DNA of 64,000 bases, taken from Candidatus Eiseniibacteriota bacterium (lineage in GTDB: Bacteria; Eisenbacteria; RBG-16-71-46). The notes below the pieces were generated by a model. That model was not told where the DNA came from, searched no databases, and saw only the letters and a program-made list of their open reading frames with translations. The position numbers and the translations under genes were made by a program. Positions 1 to 14,601 of this stretch are shown here, in pieces (position 1 is the stretch's first letter; the number at the start of each line of letters is the position of its first letter). The DNA lies in NCBI GenBank assembly GCA_963707915.1, contig OY970178.1, positions 1,760,001 through 1,824,000 on the forward strand. The letters run 5' to 3'.

Positions 1-1044
1 CTGCTCGACGCCGCCGGCGAGACCGGGATGTTCGTGCTGCTGGAGACGTTCGACGCCGCGGACCTCGACCGCGCCGGCGCGCTGCTGGCGGCCCGCGCGC
101 GGACCGGCGCGGGCCCCGCTCCCGACCTGCTGCTGGGCGTGAACAGCCGGGACCTGCGGGACCTCTCCAGCGACCGCGAGCGTCACGCGCGGCTCGCCGG
201 ACGCATCCCCGCGGGGCCGCCGCGCGTGGCCGAGAGCGGCATCGCCGACGCCGACGCCGTGCGGCGCGCGGTGCGCCACGGCTACCGGCTGGCGCTGGTC
301 GGCGAGGCGCTGATGCGCGCGGCCGACCCGGGCGCGGAGACCGCGCGGCTGCTCGAAGCGGGCCGGGCCGAGGCGGCGGCCGTCGCGGCCGCGCCGCGGC
401 TCGGCGTCAAGATCTGCGGCGTACGGGACACCGACACCCTCGCGGCCGCGGCCGCGGCCGGGGCCGACGCCGTCGGCTTCGTGTTCGCGCCCTCGCCGCG
501 GCGCCTCACTCCCGCCGCCGCGGAGCGGCTGGCGGACCGGGCGCCCGCCGCGCTCGAGCGGGTCGGCGTGTTCGCCGACGAGTTGCCGCCGTTCGCGGCC
601 GGCCTGCTGCGCGACGGCGTGATCCACGCGGTGCAGGCGGACGCCGCGGCGCTCGACCGGCTCGGCGACGACGTGCCCGCGGCGCGGCGCCTGCCGGTGT
701 TCCACGACGGCGACGGCGCGGAGGCCGCGGTCACCGCGCTGCTGGCGCGCGGGCCGCTGCCCTCGCGCCTGCTGTTCGAAGGGCGCGCCAGCGGCCGCGG
801 CCTGTCGCCCGACTGGGACCGCGCGGCGCGGCTCGCCGCCCGCGTGCGGCTGGTGCTGGCGGGCGGTCTCTCGCCGGACAACGTCGCCGCGGCGGTGCGT
901 CGCGTGCGCCCCGCCATGGTGGACGTCTCGAGCGGCGTCGAGTCCGCGCCGGGAGTGAAGGATCCCGCCCGCATCCGCGCCTTCGTGGCGGCCGCGCGGG
1001 CCGCACACGCGACCCCAGCCGAAGCCGGCGAGGAGCGCTCATGA
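1..1044 (+). CDS. trpCF: Bifunctional indole-3-glycerol-phosphate synthase / phosphoribosylanthranilate isomerase (5' end outside the window)
   Basis: TrpC C-terminal motifs GVNSRDL, VAESGI, LVGEALM, then TrpF motifs VKICG, AVGFVF, LAGGL..DNV, VDVSSGVE..PGVKD; frame open from base 1. Confidence 0.9.
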   Translation: MLDAAGETGMFVLLETFDAADLDRAGALLAARARTGAGPAPDLLLGVNSRDLRDLSSDRERHARLAGRIPAGPPRVAESGIADADAVRRAVRHGYRLALVGEALMRAADPGAETARLLEAGRAEAAAVAAAPRLGVKICGVRDTDTLAAAAAAGADAVGFVFAPSPRRLTPAAAERLADRAPAALERVGVFADELPPFAAGLLRDGVIHAVQADAAALDRLGDDVPAARRLPVFHDGDGAEAAVTALLARGPLPSRLLFEGRASGRGLSPDWDRAARLAARVRLVLAGGLSPDNVAAAVRRVRPAMVDVSSGVESAPGVKDPARIRAFVAAARAAHATPAEAGEERS

Positions 1045-2324
1045 ACCCGCTCATGCGGATCGACGACGCCGACCGGCCCGCCCTGCTCGGCGCCCTGGTG
1101 CGCGGGGAGTTGCCCGACGAACGCGGCCGTTACGGTCCCTTCGGCGGCCGCTTCGTACCCGAGACGCTGATCCCCGCCCTGGCGCGGCTCGAGGCGGGGA
1201 TGGCGGAGGCGTTCGCGGACCCCGCGTTCACCGGGGCTCTCGAGGCCGAGCTGCGCGACTGGGTCGGGCGCCCGACCCCGCTCACGCGGGCGCGCGGGTT
1301 GTCGCGCCGCTGGGGCGCGGACGTCTGGCTCAAGCGCGAGGACCTCGCCCACACCGGGGCGCACAAGATCAACAACGCCATCGGGCAGGCCCTGCTCGCG
1401 CGACGTCTGGGGGTCGGACAGGTGGTCGCCGAGACCGGCGCCGGCCAGCACGGCGTGGCGGCCGCGGCCGCGTGCGCGCGCGTCGGGCTCCCCTGCCGCG
1501 TCTACATGGGCGCGGTGGACGTCGCGCGACAGGCGCCGAACGTGGACCGCATGCGCCGCCTCGGGGCCGAGGTCGTGCCGGTCGCGTCCGGCGACGCGAC
1601 GCTGCGCGCCGCCATCGACGAGGCGCTGCGCGACTGGGTCGCGCACCCGGAGGACACCTACTACATGCTCGGCTCCGCGGTCGGCCCGCACCCCTACCCG
1701 CGGCTGGTGCAGCGGCTCCAGTCGGTGATCGGCGAGGAGGCGCGCGCGCAGGTGCGGTCGCGCTGCGGGCGGCTGCCCGAGGCGGTCTTCGCCTGCGTGG
1801 GCGGCGGGTCGAACGCCATCGGGCTCTTCCATCCGCTGCTCGGCGACGACGCCGTGCGCCTGGTCGGCATCGAAGCCGGCGGGCGCGGCGCGGCGCTCGG
1901 CGAGCACGCGGCCACGCTCGCCCACGGCACCCCCGGCGTGCTGCACGGCAGCCACTCGCTGCTGCTGCAGGACGCGGACGGCCAGGTGATCGAGACCCAC
2001 TCGATCTCGGCGGGGCTCGACTACCCCGGCGTCGGGCCGGAGCTCGCGCTGCTGCAGGCCGTGGGGCGCATCACGTGCGAGGTCGCGACCGACGACGAGG
2101 CGCTGGCGGCGCTGGACGAGTGCTGCGCCGCCGAGGGCATCCTGCCGGCGCTCGAGTCCTCGCACGCCCTCGCCGGGGCGAAACGCTACGCCGCCGCGCA
2201 CCCGGGCGCGATGCTGCTCGTCGGGCTGTCGGGCCGCGGCGACAAGGACCTGCCGGCGCTGGACGCGCTGCGGGCGCGCGGCGCGGCCGGCGGGCGTGAC
2301 GCGACCGGGGGGGGGCCGTCATGA
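1041..2324 (+). CDS. trpB: Tryptophan synthase beta chain
   Basis: [16 protein letters not shown] (PLP lysine), [44 protein letters not shown] overlap with trpCF. Confidence 0.97.
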   Translation: MNPLMRIDDADRPALLGALVRGELPDERGRYGPFGGRFVPETLIPALARLEAGMAEAFADPAFTGALEAELRDWVGRPTPLTRARGLSRRWGADVWLKREDLAHTGAHKINNAIGQALLARRLGVGQVVAETGAGQHGVAAAAACARVGLPCRVYMGAVDVARQAPNVDRMRRLGAEVVPVASGDATLRAAIDEALRDWVAHPEDTYYMLGSAVGPHPYPRLVQRLQSVIGEEARAQVRSRCGRLPEAVFACVGGGSNAIGLFHPLLGDDAVRLVGIEAGGRGAALGEHAATLAHGTPGVLHGSHSLLLQDADGQVIETHSISAGLDYPGVGPELALLQAVGRITCEVATDDEALAALDECCAAEGILPALESSHALAGAKRYAAAHPGAMLLVGLSGRGDKDLPALDALRARGAAGGRDATGGGPS

Positions 2325-3154
2325 GCGCGCGCGGCCGCGCGATGCCCGCCGGCGGCACGCGGCTGGAGCAGGCCATCCGCGGCGACCGGCGCACGCCGCG
2401 CCCGGCCCTCGCGGCGTTCCTGACCGCCGGCTTCCCCGACCGCGAGCGCTTCCTCGGCCTGCTCCCCACCGTCGCCGCGGCCGCGGACGTGGTCGAGGTC
2501 GGCGTGCCGTTCAGCGACCCGATGGCGGACGGGACCACGATCCAGCGGGCCAGCCGCGAGGCGCTCGCCGCGGGGACCACGCTGCGCTGGATCCTCGAGG
2601 CGCTCGCCGCGCTGGCGCCGCGCCCGCGCGCCCCGCTCGTGCTGATGAGCTACCTGAACCCGCTGCTCGCCTTCGGCCTCGAGCGGCTCCCGCGCGCGGC
2701 CGCCGCCGCGGGGATCTCGGGCGTCATCGTCCCCGACCTGCCGCTCGAGGAGAGCGCGGCGGTGCGCTCCGCCCTCGGCCCGGCCGGGATCGCGTCGATC
2801 GGGATGGTCACGCCGGTCACGCCGCCCGAGCGCCTGGAGCGGATCGGCGCGGCCAGCCAGGGCTTCACCTACGCGGTCACCATGACCGGGACGACCGGCG
2901 GCGCGGTCCCGGCGCGCGACGGGCTCTCGCACTACCTGGACCGGGCGCGCGCGGCCTCGATCGTGCCGTTGCTGGCCGGGTTCGGCATCCGCGACGCGCG
3001 GCAGGTCGCCGCACTCGCCGGCCACGTGGACGGCTTCATCGTGGGCAGCGCGCTGATCGAGGCGATCGAGGCCGGCCGCGACCCGGCAGCATTCCTCGCC
3101 GGCCTGCGTGCCGGAGCCACGCCGCACCCCGGAGACCCCGAGGAGGACGCATGA
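2321..3154 (+). CDS. trpA: Tryptophan synthase alpha chain
   Basis: [41 protein letters not shown]. Confidence 0.96.
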   Translation: MSARGRAMPAGGTRLEQAIRGDRRTPRPALAAFLTAGFPDRERFLGLLPTVAAAADVVEVGVPFSDPMADGTTIQRASREALAAGTTLRWILEALAALAPRPRAPLVLMSYLNPLLAFGLERLPRAAAAAGISGVIVPDLPLEESAAVRSALGPAGIASIGMVTPVTPPERLERIGAASQGFTYAVTMTGTTGGAVPARDGLSHYLDRARAASIVPLLAGFGIRDARQVAALAGHVDGFIVGSALIEAIEAGRDPAAFLAGLRAGATPHPGDPEEDA

Positions 3155-4191
3155 TCGCAGTGCTCGAACGCGGCTGCCCGATGCACCAGAAGGCCGAGGT
3201 CGTGCGGCTGATCGAGAGCGAGGGCCTGCGGGCGCAGGTCAGCGAGCTGGAGCACGAGACGCTGGTGGGCGTGGTCGGGCAGGCCGCCGCCTCGCTGGCG
3301 GCCCGGCTCGAGGTCCTGCCCGGCGTGCGCGAGGTGCGCATGACCGCGCCTCCGTACCCGCTCACCGCGCGCGCCTACCACCCGGCCGACAGCCGCATCC
3401 GCGTCGCGGGCGTGACCGTCGGCGGGCCCGAGATCGTCGTGGCCGCCGGCCCGTGCGCGGTCGAGGACGAGGCGCAGTTGCTGGCGACGGCGCGCTGCGT
3501 GGCCGCCGCCGGGGCGCGGCTGCTGCGCGGGGGCGCGTTCAAGCCGCGCTCCTCGCCGTACAGCTTCCAGGGCCTCGGCGAAGCCGGGCTCCGGCTGCTC
3601 GCCGCCGCCCGCGAGGAGACCGGGCTGGCGGTGGTCACCGAGGTCCTCGCCCCCGAGGACGTGGAGCTGGTGGCGCGCTACGCCGACCTGCTGCAGATCG
3701 GGGCCCGCAACATGCAGAACTTCCGGCTGCTCTCGGCGGTCGGCTCACAGCCCCGGCCGGTCCTGCTGAAGCGCGGATTGATGGCCACACTGGACGAACT
3801 GCTGCTCGCGGCGGAGTACGTCGCCGCGGCGGGCAACCCGCGCGTGATCCTGTGCGAGCGCGGGATCCGCACGTTCGAGCCGGCGACCCGCGGCACCCTC
3901 GACCTCTCGGCCGTGCCGGTGCTCAAGGAGCTGACCCACCTGCCGGTGATCGTGGACCCGAGCCACGCCGCGGGACGGCGCGAGTGGGTCCCCGCCCTCG
4001 CCCGGGCCGCGCTCGCCGCCGGCGCGGACGGCGTGATCGTGGAGGTCCACCCGGAGCCGGACCGCGCGGTCAGCGACGGCCGGCAGAGCCTGACGTTCGC
4101 GGGCTTCGAGGCGATGATGGCCGGGCTGCGTCGGGTCGCGGGGGCGCTCGACCGCACCCTCGCCGGCCCCCCGCCGCCGGCAGGCGGCTGA
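3151..4191 (+). CDS. aroF: DAHP synthase type I-beta with N-terminal regulatory domain
   Basis: [52 protein letters not shown] 3151 with GAGGAGG RBS overlapping the trpA stop. Confidence 0.93.
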   Translation: MIAVLERGCPMHQKAEVVRLIESEGLRAQVSELEHETLVGVVGQAAASLAARLEVLPGVREVRMTAPPYPLTARAYHPADSRIRVAGVTVGGPEIVVAAGPCAVEDEAQLLATARCVAAAGARLLRGGAFKPRSSPYSFQGLGEAGLRLLAAAREETGLAVVTEVLAPEDVELVARYADLLQIGARNMQNFRLLSAVGSQPRPVLLKRGLMATLDELLLAAEYVAAAGNPRVILCERGIRTFEPATRGTLDLSAVPVLKELTHLPVIVDPSHAAGRREWVPALARAALAAGADGVIVEVHPEPDRAVSDGRQSLTFAGFEAMMAGLRRVAGALDRTLAGPPPPAGG

Positions 4192-4404
4192 CCCGTCGGA
4201 CCGCGGGCCCCGGCCGGGGCGGCCGCGGCTGAAGGACGGCCCGCGAACGCGCTATAGTCCGGGGCCCGCGGCCGGGCGTCCCCGCGGCCGTCTCTGGTAT
4301 CCTCCGCCGGTGCCGCGGCTGCGTCGGATCGTCGGGGCCATGGACGCCACGGCGCGGCGGCCGCCGAAGCCGCGCGGTGAATCGAACACGAGGGAGGGTC
4401 TGCG

Positions 4405-5517
4405 ATGACCACGCCGAGCCGGACGGTCCCGGGCTTCGTCAACGCCCACACGCACATCTACAGCGCGCTGGCCCCCTACGGCATGCCGCCCGCGGCCCCT
4501 CCCCCCGAGAACTTCGTGCAGATCCTCGAGCGCGTCTGGTGGCGACTCGACCGCGCCCTCGACGAGCGCTCGCTGCGCGCCTCGGCCCGGCTCTATGCCG
4601 CCGAGTCCCTGCTCTACGGCACCACCACGCTCATCGACCACCAGGAGTCGCCCGCCTTCATCGAGGGCTCGCTCGACGTGCTGGCCGAGGCCTGCCAGGA
4701 GTTCGGCATCCGCGCGGTGTTGTGCTACGGCGCGACCGACCGCAACGGCGGCCGCGAGGAGGGCCGCCGCGGGCTGGCCGAGTGCCGCCGGTTCCTCGGC
4801 GCGAACCACCGGCCGCTGGTGCGCGGAGTGGTCGGCCTGCACGCTTCGTTCACCTGTTCGGACGAGACGCTGCACGAGGCCGGCGAGGTGGCGCGCGAGC
4901 TCGACACCGTGGTGCACGTGCACATGGCCGAGGACCGGGCCGACCTCGAGGACGCGCGCAAGCGCGGCTACGAAGGCCCGCTCGAGCGGCTGCTCGCGAC
5001 CGAGGCGCTGCCCCCGGGCTCGATCCTGGCGCACGGCGTGCACCTCGAGCCCTCGCAGGTGCGCATGGCCGAGTCGCAGGGCCTGTGGCTGGTGCAGAAC
5101 CCGCGCTCCAACGAGGGCAACCGCGTGGGCTACGCCTCGTCGTTGTGGGTGAGCGGCAAGGTGGCGCTCGGCACCGACGGCTGGGAGGCCGACATGCCGA
5201 AGGAGTTCGCCGCGCTCGAGCGGCTCAGCGCGGGCAGCGTGCACGAGGAGGTGGATGCCGCCGCGCGCCGGCTGGTGACCGGGCGCGTGCTGGCGGCCGA
5301 GCGCTTCGCCGGGGCGCCGGGCGAGCCCGGGCTCGAGGGCGACCAGGTGGTCTACGCGGCGGGCGACGGCGCGGCGGCCGCGCGGGTGAGCCGCGTGACG
5401 GTGGCCGGGCAGGTGGTGGTGGACCAGGGCCGGCTGGTGCGCGGCGACATCGAGCAGCTGCGCGCCGAGGCCCGCGAAGAGGCGCAGAAGCTCTGGCCGC
5501 GCATGGCGGCGCTGTAG
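4405..5517 (+). CDS. Metal-dependent amidohydrolase (SsnA/chlorohydrolase-like)
   Basis: PGFVNAHTHIYS, GTTTLIDH, GLHASFT, HVHMAED, AHGVH, NPRSN, LGTDG. Confidence 0.85.
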   Translation: MTTPSRTVPGFVNAHTHIYSALAPYGMPPAAPPPENFVQILERVWWRLDRALDERSLRASARLYAAESLLYGTTTLIDHQESPAFIEGSLDVLAEACQEFGIRAVLCYGATDRNGGREEGRRGLAECRRFLGANHRPLVRGVVGLHASFTCSDETLHEAGEVARELDTVVHVHMAEDRADLEDARKRGYEGPLERLLATEALPPGSILAHGVHLEPSQVRMAESQGLWLVQNPRSNEGNRVGYASSLWVSGKVALGTDGWEADMPKEFAALERLSAGSVHEEVDAAARRLVTGRVLAAERFAGAPGEPGLEGDQVVYAAGDGAAAARVSRVTVAGQVVVDQGRLVRGDIEQLRAEAREEAQKLWPRMAAL

Positions 5518-5629
5518 CGGGTCGCGCCCGGGCGCGGGCCCGGTTCGCAGGCGGGCCCCCGGGCCGTGCGGCCCGGGGGCCCTCGTCTCGCCGGGGCGCC
5601 CGCACGCGGGCGCACGCCGTCCGCGCCGG

Positions 5630-6340
5630 CTACGGGGCGATCAGCTTCACCAGCTTCACCTGGTCGACCCCGACCGCCGTGCCCCGGATCACGAGGCCCA
5701 CGCCGGGCGCGTAGACGTTCCGCTCCCGCGGTCCGCGCTCGAGCGCGGACCAGTCCTCGGTCTCGAGGCAGGCGGTGAACGTCTCGTGCAGCACCATCGC
5801 CCTGGCGTCCAGGTTCCGCACCTCCGCCAGGTCCTCCACCTTGCCGCGGCGGTACCCCTTCCGGTACACCATCCCGACCTCGGGGATCGCCGGCATGACG
5901 ATCCCGGCGGACGCGCTGTCCACGCCCGCCTCCCAGGCCCCCGCGGTGCTCACCACCACGCCGTCGCGCAGGTCCCTGGTGTCCTCGCCCAGGGTCCAGA
6001 CGTTGCCCTTGCGGTCCTGCGTGAACCAGTCGAAGGACTCCTCGACCAGCTTCCCGCCGCGATACGTGCGGTCGCGCACCACCACCGCCGCGACCCCGAG
6101 GACCGTCCGCGTGTCGCGCGTCACGACGACCGTGTCCACCTCGGCCGTCTTGCCGGCGCCGCTCTCGTACACCAGGACCGTGCCCGGCCGCAGCGGGAAG
6201 TACGGGTTGTCCACCACCGAGGTGCAGCCCGCCGGATCGAACGCCGCGACCGGGGGCCCGGGACGGGCGGCCCTGCGCCCGGACGGGGCGGTCGCGGCCA
6301 GGGCGGAGACGATCGCCAGCGACACCAGGAACACGTTCAT
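5630..6340 (-). CDS. Secreted hypothetical protein
   Basis: N-terminal signal-like segment; VDNPYFPL, DWFTQDRKGNVW, YAPGVGLV; purine-rich RBS upstream. Confidence 0.7.
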   Translation of the reverse strand: MNVFLVSLAIVSALAATAPSGRRAARPGPPVAAFDPAGCTSVVDNPYFPLRPGTVLVYESGAGKTAEVDTVVVTRDTRTVLGVAAVVVRDRTYRGGKLVEESFDWFTQDRKGNVWTLGEDTRDLRDGVVVSTAGAWEAGVDSASAGIVMPAIPEVGMVYRKGYRRGKVEDLAEVRNLDARAMVLHETFTACLETEDWSALERGPRERNVYAPGVGLVIRGTAVGVDQVKLVKLIAP

Positions 6341-6397
6341 GCGTGGCCTCTTTCGTGGCAAGGGAGGAAGTCACCCGGAGCCGCGCGCGGCGGCCGC

Positions 6398-7264
6398 TCA
6401 GACCACCAGCACCGCGTCCAGCCAGCCGAGCAGGTCGCGAACGGCCTGGCCGCGGTCGGGATCGTTGAAGACCTCGTGATAGACACCGGCGTAGGTGATG
6501 AGCCGCACCATGCCGTGCGGCGCGGCGGCATTGAACTCGAGCGCGCCCTTCGGGTCCGCGATGCGGTCCGCCATCCCCTGCAGCATCAGCGTGGGCGCCT
6601 GCAGCCGCCGCGCCTCGCGTTGCACGCGCTGGCGGGCCTCGTTGAACGAGAAGTAGAGCCGCGGGCTGATCCGGTCGTGCACCCGGTGGTCCTGCCGGCG
6701 CAGCGCCAGCACCTCGGGATCGCGCGCCATGCCGCTCTCGTCGAGCCCGTGCGCGAAACCGGCGCCCGGTGCGGTGAAGCGCGCCGCGTGTCCCAGCGCG
6801 AGCTTCCACCACGGCGGCATCCCGATGCGCAGGCCGGGCGACGACGCCACCGCGGCCACGATCGTGCGAGGGTGGGCGATCGCGTAGTCCAGCGCCAGCA
6901 CGCCGCCCAGGCTGTGCCCGAACAGCACGTGCGGGAGGTCCATGGGCTGGCCGGGCAGCCCGCGCAGGGCGGTGAACATGGCCGGCACGACCTGCTCGCG
7001 CAACTGCGTCCACGAGGTCACGTCGCCCCGCCGGCCGGGCGCCTCGCCGTGCCCCGGCAGGTCGAGCGCGGCGACGCTGAAGCGCGCCTGCACCAGGTCG
7101 GCGGCGAGCGCGGCGTAGCGCCCGCAGTGCTCGCCCAGCCCGTGGGCGATGGCGACCAGGGCGCGCGGCCGCTCGGCGCACCAGACGCGTCCGGGCAGCA
7201 TCAACCCGTGCTCGAGACGCACCTCGATCAGGTTCGCGGGAACACCGCCGGCGCCGGGGTTCAC
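6398..7264 (-). CDS. Alpha/beta hydrolase (lysophospholipase / monoacylglycerol lipase-like); start uncertain
   Basis: HGLGEH..RY, DLPGHG, GHSLGG nucleophile elbow, YHE. Confidence 0.88.
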   Translation of the reverse strand: MNPGAGGVPANLIEVRLEHGLMLPGRVWCAERPRALVAIAHGLGEHCGRYAALAADLVQARFSVAALDLPGHGEAPGRRGDVTSWTQLREQVVPAMFTALRGLPGQPMDLPHVLFGHSLGGVLALDYAIAHPRTIVAAVASSPGLRIGMPPWWKLALGHAARFTAPGAGFAHGLDESGMARDPEVLALRRQDHRVHDRISPRLYFSFNEARQRVQREARRLQAPTLMLQGMADRIADPKGALEFNAAAPHGMVRLITYAGVYHEVFNDPDRGQAVRDLLGWLDAVLVV

Positions 7265-7426
7265 GGTCGCGGCGCTCCGGCACGACGGTCCATGCCGATC
7301 TCGTCCATGTCGCCGGTATCCTAGTCGCATGGCGGCCGCGCCGCCAGCTTTCCAAGCCGGTCCGGGCGCGCTAGGCTGGGTGCTCGATTATCGCGTGCGC
7401 CGACCCTCCTCCCACTCGGGATCCCC

Positions 7427-8791
7427 ATGTCGCCTGACGATCCGAAGGACCCACCCCGCCCCGGGCGCATCATCCTGCCCGGCTCCGAGTCCGTCCCGCC
7501 CGCCGAGGCGCCGCGCCTGGTGATCCCGCCGGGCGTCTCGATCGACGAACCCGACGACCTGCCCGAGTTCCCACGCCTGCGCCCGCTGATGTTGATGCCG
7601 GTCAAGGACCAGGGCCGCGAGCTGCTGATCGTGAGCGACCCGCTCGGCGTGATCCCCGGCCAGCCGGTGCTGGGCATCGAGGCCCTCGGCATCCTGCAGC
7701 TGCTCGACGGCAGCGTCTCGGTGAACGACATCACCGCCGCGCTGATGCGTGAGAGCAAGGACATCCGCATTGGCCAGATGGTGCGCGGGTTCATCCGCCA
7801 GCTCGACGACCTGCTGATGCTCGACTCGCCGAAGTTCCACGCGGCGTGGCGCGAGCTGCGCGAGGCCTACCACCCGCTCGAGGTCCGCCCCGCCGCGCTC
7901 GAGGGCCACTCCTATCCCGCCGAGCGCGAGGCGCTCGAGGCCTTCCTCGACTCGAACTTCGCCCAGGCGGAGAAGCTGCGCGCCGCGGCCGGTGAGCCGG
8001 TGGCGTCGGCCGGCGCGCGACCGCGCGCCCTGCTCGCCCCGCATCTGGACCCGCGCCGCGCCGGGGCGACCATCGCGCGCGCCTACCTCGAGCTCGGACC
8101 CGAACAGGACGGCCCGCTGCGCGTCGTGGTCCTCGGCACCGGGCACTCGCTCCAGGGCGACCTGTTCGGCCTGACGCGCAAGCACTACCAGACCCCGCTC
8201 GGGAAGCTGGAGTGCGACACCGCGTTCGTGGACACCGTGGCGGCGGCGCTGGGCGAGGACCCGTACCACGCCGAGCTGGCCCACCGCGACGAACACTCGA
8301 TCGAATTCCAGGCGCTCTACCTGCAGCGCCGCCTCGGCTCGCGGCCCGTGAAGATCGTGCCCATCCTGTGCGGCGGCTTCGGTGCGCTGCTCGACCAGGG
8401 GATCGCGGCGCGCGAGGACGAGCAGGTCGAGCGCCTGGTCGCCGCGCTGCGGGACGCCGAGCGCAGGCACGGTGGGGCGACCGTCTACGTGGGCGCCATC
8501 GACCTGTCGCACGTCGGCCCGCGCTTCGGCGAACCGAAGCTCGACGAGCGCACCCGGGCGGAGGTCGAGGAGAAGGACCGCGCCGCGCTCGCCGCGGCCG
8601 GGCAGGGCGACGCCGAGGGCTGGTTCCAGGCCATCGCCGCACACGACGATTCCACGCACATCTGCGGCTTCGCGCCCACCTACCTGGTGCTGCGCGCCTG
8701 CGGGCCCGGCCCGGGCCGGCTGCTGCGCTACCAGCAGTCGGACGAGCCCGACGGTTCGATGGTCAGCACCGCCGCGATGGTGTGGCCGTAG
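7427..8791 (+). CDS. MEMO1-family protein (AmmeMemoRadiSam protein B) with N-terminal extension
   Basis: RPAA..G.SYP, APHLD, GTGH, EHSIEFQ, DLSHVG.RFG, ICG. Confidence 0.85.
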   Translation: MSPDDPKDPPRPGRIILPGSESVPPAEAPRLVIPPGVSIDEPDDLPEFPRLRPLMLMPVKDQGRELLIVSDPLGVIPGQPVLGIEALGILQLLDGSVSVNDITAALMRESKDIRIGQMVRGFIRQLDDLLMLDSPKFHAAWRELREAYHPLEVRPAALEGHSYPAEREALEAFLDSNFAQAEKLRAAAGEPVASAGARPRALLAPHLDPRRAGATIARAYLELGPEQDGPLRVVVLGTGHSLQGDLFGLTRKHYQTPLGKLECDTAFVDTVAAALGEDPYHAELAHRDEHSIEFQALYLQRRLGSRPVKIVPILCGGFGALLDQGIAAREDEQVERLVAALRDAERRHGGATVYVGAIDLSHVGPRFGEPKLDERTRAEVEEKDRAALAAAGQGDAEGWFQAIAAHDDSTHICGFAPTYLVLRACGPGPGRLLRYQQSDEPDGSMVSTAAMVWP

Positions 8792-8801
8792 GCGCCGCCC
8801 G

Positions 8802-12517
<3,716 letters not shown>

Positions 12518-12575
12518 TGCCCGCCCCGATCCACCCGCTTCCGTGCCGGCGACGCCGACCGGCCAGGACCTGACC

Positions 12576-14423
12576 ATGCCCGCCCTCACCAATCCGGACG
12601 TCGCGCACCTGCTCGGCACGCTCGCCACGATGCTGGAGATCGACGGCGCGAACCCGTTCCGCACCCGGGCCTACCGGGAGGCGGCGCGCATCGTCGAGGC
12701 GCTGCCCGAGCCGGTGGCGCGGCTGGCCGGCGAGGCGGGCGCGCTCGAGGCGCTGCCCGGCATCGGCAAGGACCTGGCGCAGAAGATCCGCGACCTGCTC
12801 GCCACCGGCACGACCGCGCTCTACGACGAGCTGCTGCGGAAGTACCCGCTCGAACTGGTGCGCCTGACCGAGCTGCAGGGGCTGGGCGCGAAGCGCGTGC
12901 GCGCGCTCCACGACGCGCTCCACATCCGCGACCGCGCGGGGCTCGAGGCCGCGGCCAAGGCCGGGCAACTGCGCGGGCTGCCGGGCTTCGGCGAGAAGCT
13001 CGAGCAGAAGGTGCTGCACTCGCTCGCGATCGCCGAGCAGGTCTCCGGCCGCCTGCTGCTGGCGAACGCCTGGGCCGTGGCGCATGGGCTCGCCGAACGG
13101 CTGCGCGCGGTGCCGCGCGTGACGCGCGTCGAGCTGGCGGGCTCCTTCCGCCGGCGACGCGACACCGTCGGCGATCTCGACCTGCTGGTCTGCGGCGGCG
13201 AGGTCGAGCCGGTGATGGACGCCTTCACGACGCACGACCAGGTCGCCGAGGTGCTGGCCCGCGGCGCGACGCGCTCCGCGGTGCGGCTCGCCAGCGGCCT
13301 GCAGGTGGACCTGCGGCTGGTGCCCGCCGAGTCGTTCGGCGCCGCGCTGCTCTACTTCACCGGCAGCAAGGAGCACAACATCGAGCTGCGGCGCGTGGCC
13401 AACGGCCAGGGACTGACGCTGAACGAGTACGGGCTGGCGCGCGAGCGGGACGGCAAGGCGGTCGCGGGTCGCACCGAGGAGGAGATCTACCGCGCGCTGG
13501 GCATGGACTGGATCCCGCCCGAGCTGCGCGAGGCGCGCGGCGAGATCTCGCTGGCGCGGGAAGGGCGGCTCCCGCGGCTGGTCGAGCAGGACGACCTGCG
13601 CGGCGACCTGCACATGCACACCACCCGCAGCGACGGGCGCCACACGCTGGCGGAGATGGTGCGGGCGGCGCAGGACCGCGGCTACGCCTATGTCGCCATC
13701 ACCGAGCACTCGAAGTCGCTGGCCATGGCGGGCGGCTTCGACGAGGCGCGGGTGCGCCGGTCGGTGGCCGAGATCGCGGCGGTGCGGCGCGAGGTGCCGG
13801 GCATCGAGGTGCTGCACGGGCTCGAGGTGGACATCCTCGCCGACGGCGCGCTGGACCTCGACGACGACGCGCTCGACCTGCTCGACTGGGTCGTCGTCTC
13901 GCTGCACTCGCGGCTCGACCAGCCGGCCGAGGCCGCGACCGCGCGCGTGCTCCGGGCGCTCGAGCACCCGGCGGTGTGCGCGATGGGACACCCGACCGGG
14001 CGCATGATCGGCACGCGGCCGGCGTCGGCCTTCGACATGGAGCGCGTGCTCGAGCGCGCGGCCGCGCTGGGCGTGGCGATGGAGATCAACTGCCAGCCCG
14101 ACCGCATGGACCTCTCCGACGTGGACGCGCGGCTCGCGCGCGAGAAGGGCGTCACGCTGGTGATCGACACCGACGCCCACAGCGTCGCGAACCTCGACCT
14201 GATGCGCTACGGCGTGTTCGTGGCGCGGCGCGCGGGGCTCACCCGGGACGACGTGCTGAACGCCTGGCCGGTCGAGCGCATGCGCAGGGCGCTGCGCAAG
14301 GGCCGCGGCGGCGCGGCCCGGGCCACGACGCCGGCGAAGGCGGCGGCCCCGGAGCGCGCGAAGCCGCCGGCCAGGACGCCCGCGAAGCGCGCGGCAAGAC
14401 CGAAACCCGCGAAGCCGCGATGA
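12576..14423 (+). CDS. polX: DNA polymerase X with PHP (3'-5' exonuclease) domain
   Basis: AGSFRR, GDLD catalytic motif, [32 protein letters not shown]. Confidence 0.95.
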   Translation: MPALTNPDVAHLLGTLATMLEIDGANPFRTRAYREAARIVEALPEPVARLAGEAGALEALPGIGKDLAQKIRDLLATGTTALYDELLRKYPLELVRLTELQGLGAKRVRALHDALHIRDRAGLEAAAKAGQLRGLPGFGEKLEQKVLHSLAIAEQVSGRLLLANAWAVAHGLAERLRAVPRVTRVELAGSFRRRRDTVGDLDLLVCGGEVEPVMDAFTTHDQVAEVLARGATRSAVRLASGLQVDLRLVPAESFGAALLYFTGSKEHNIELRRVANGQGLTLNEYGLARERDGKAVAGRTEEEIYRALGMDWIPPELREARGEISLAREGRLPRLVEQDDLRGDLHMHTTRSDGRHTLAEMVRAAQDRGYAYVAITEHSKSLAMAGGFDEARVRRSVAEIAAVRREVPGIEVLHGLEVDILADGALDLDDDALDLLDWVVVSLHSRLDQPAEAATARVLRALEHPAVCAMGHPTGRMIGTRPASAFDMERVLERAAALGVAMEINCQPDRMDLSDVDARLAREKGVTLVIDTDAHSVANLDLMRYGVFVARRAGLTRDDVLNAWPVERMRRALRKGRGGAARATTPAKAAAPERAKPPARTPAKRAARPKPAKPR

Positions 14424-14601
14424 GCGCCGCCGGCGCCCGGGCGTTCACCCGCCCCGCGCGCCGCGGGTCGCGCTGAGTCGGCCGCGTCCGCCTCGGCCGC
14501 TGCGCTCCGCGCGCCAGGCGACAGGGCCGGCCCGGGCCCGCGGGGCCCGGCCCACGGGGTCCCGCCGGCCGTCCGACACGCGGGTCAAGTCGAACCGATG
14601 C

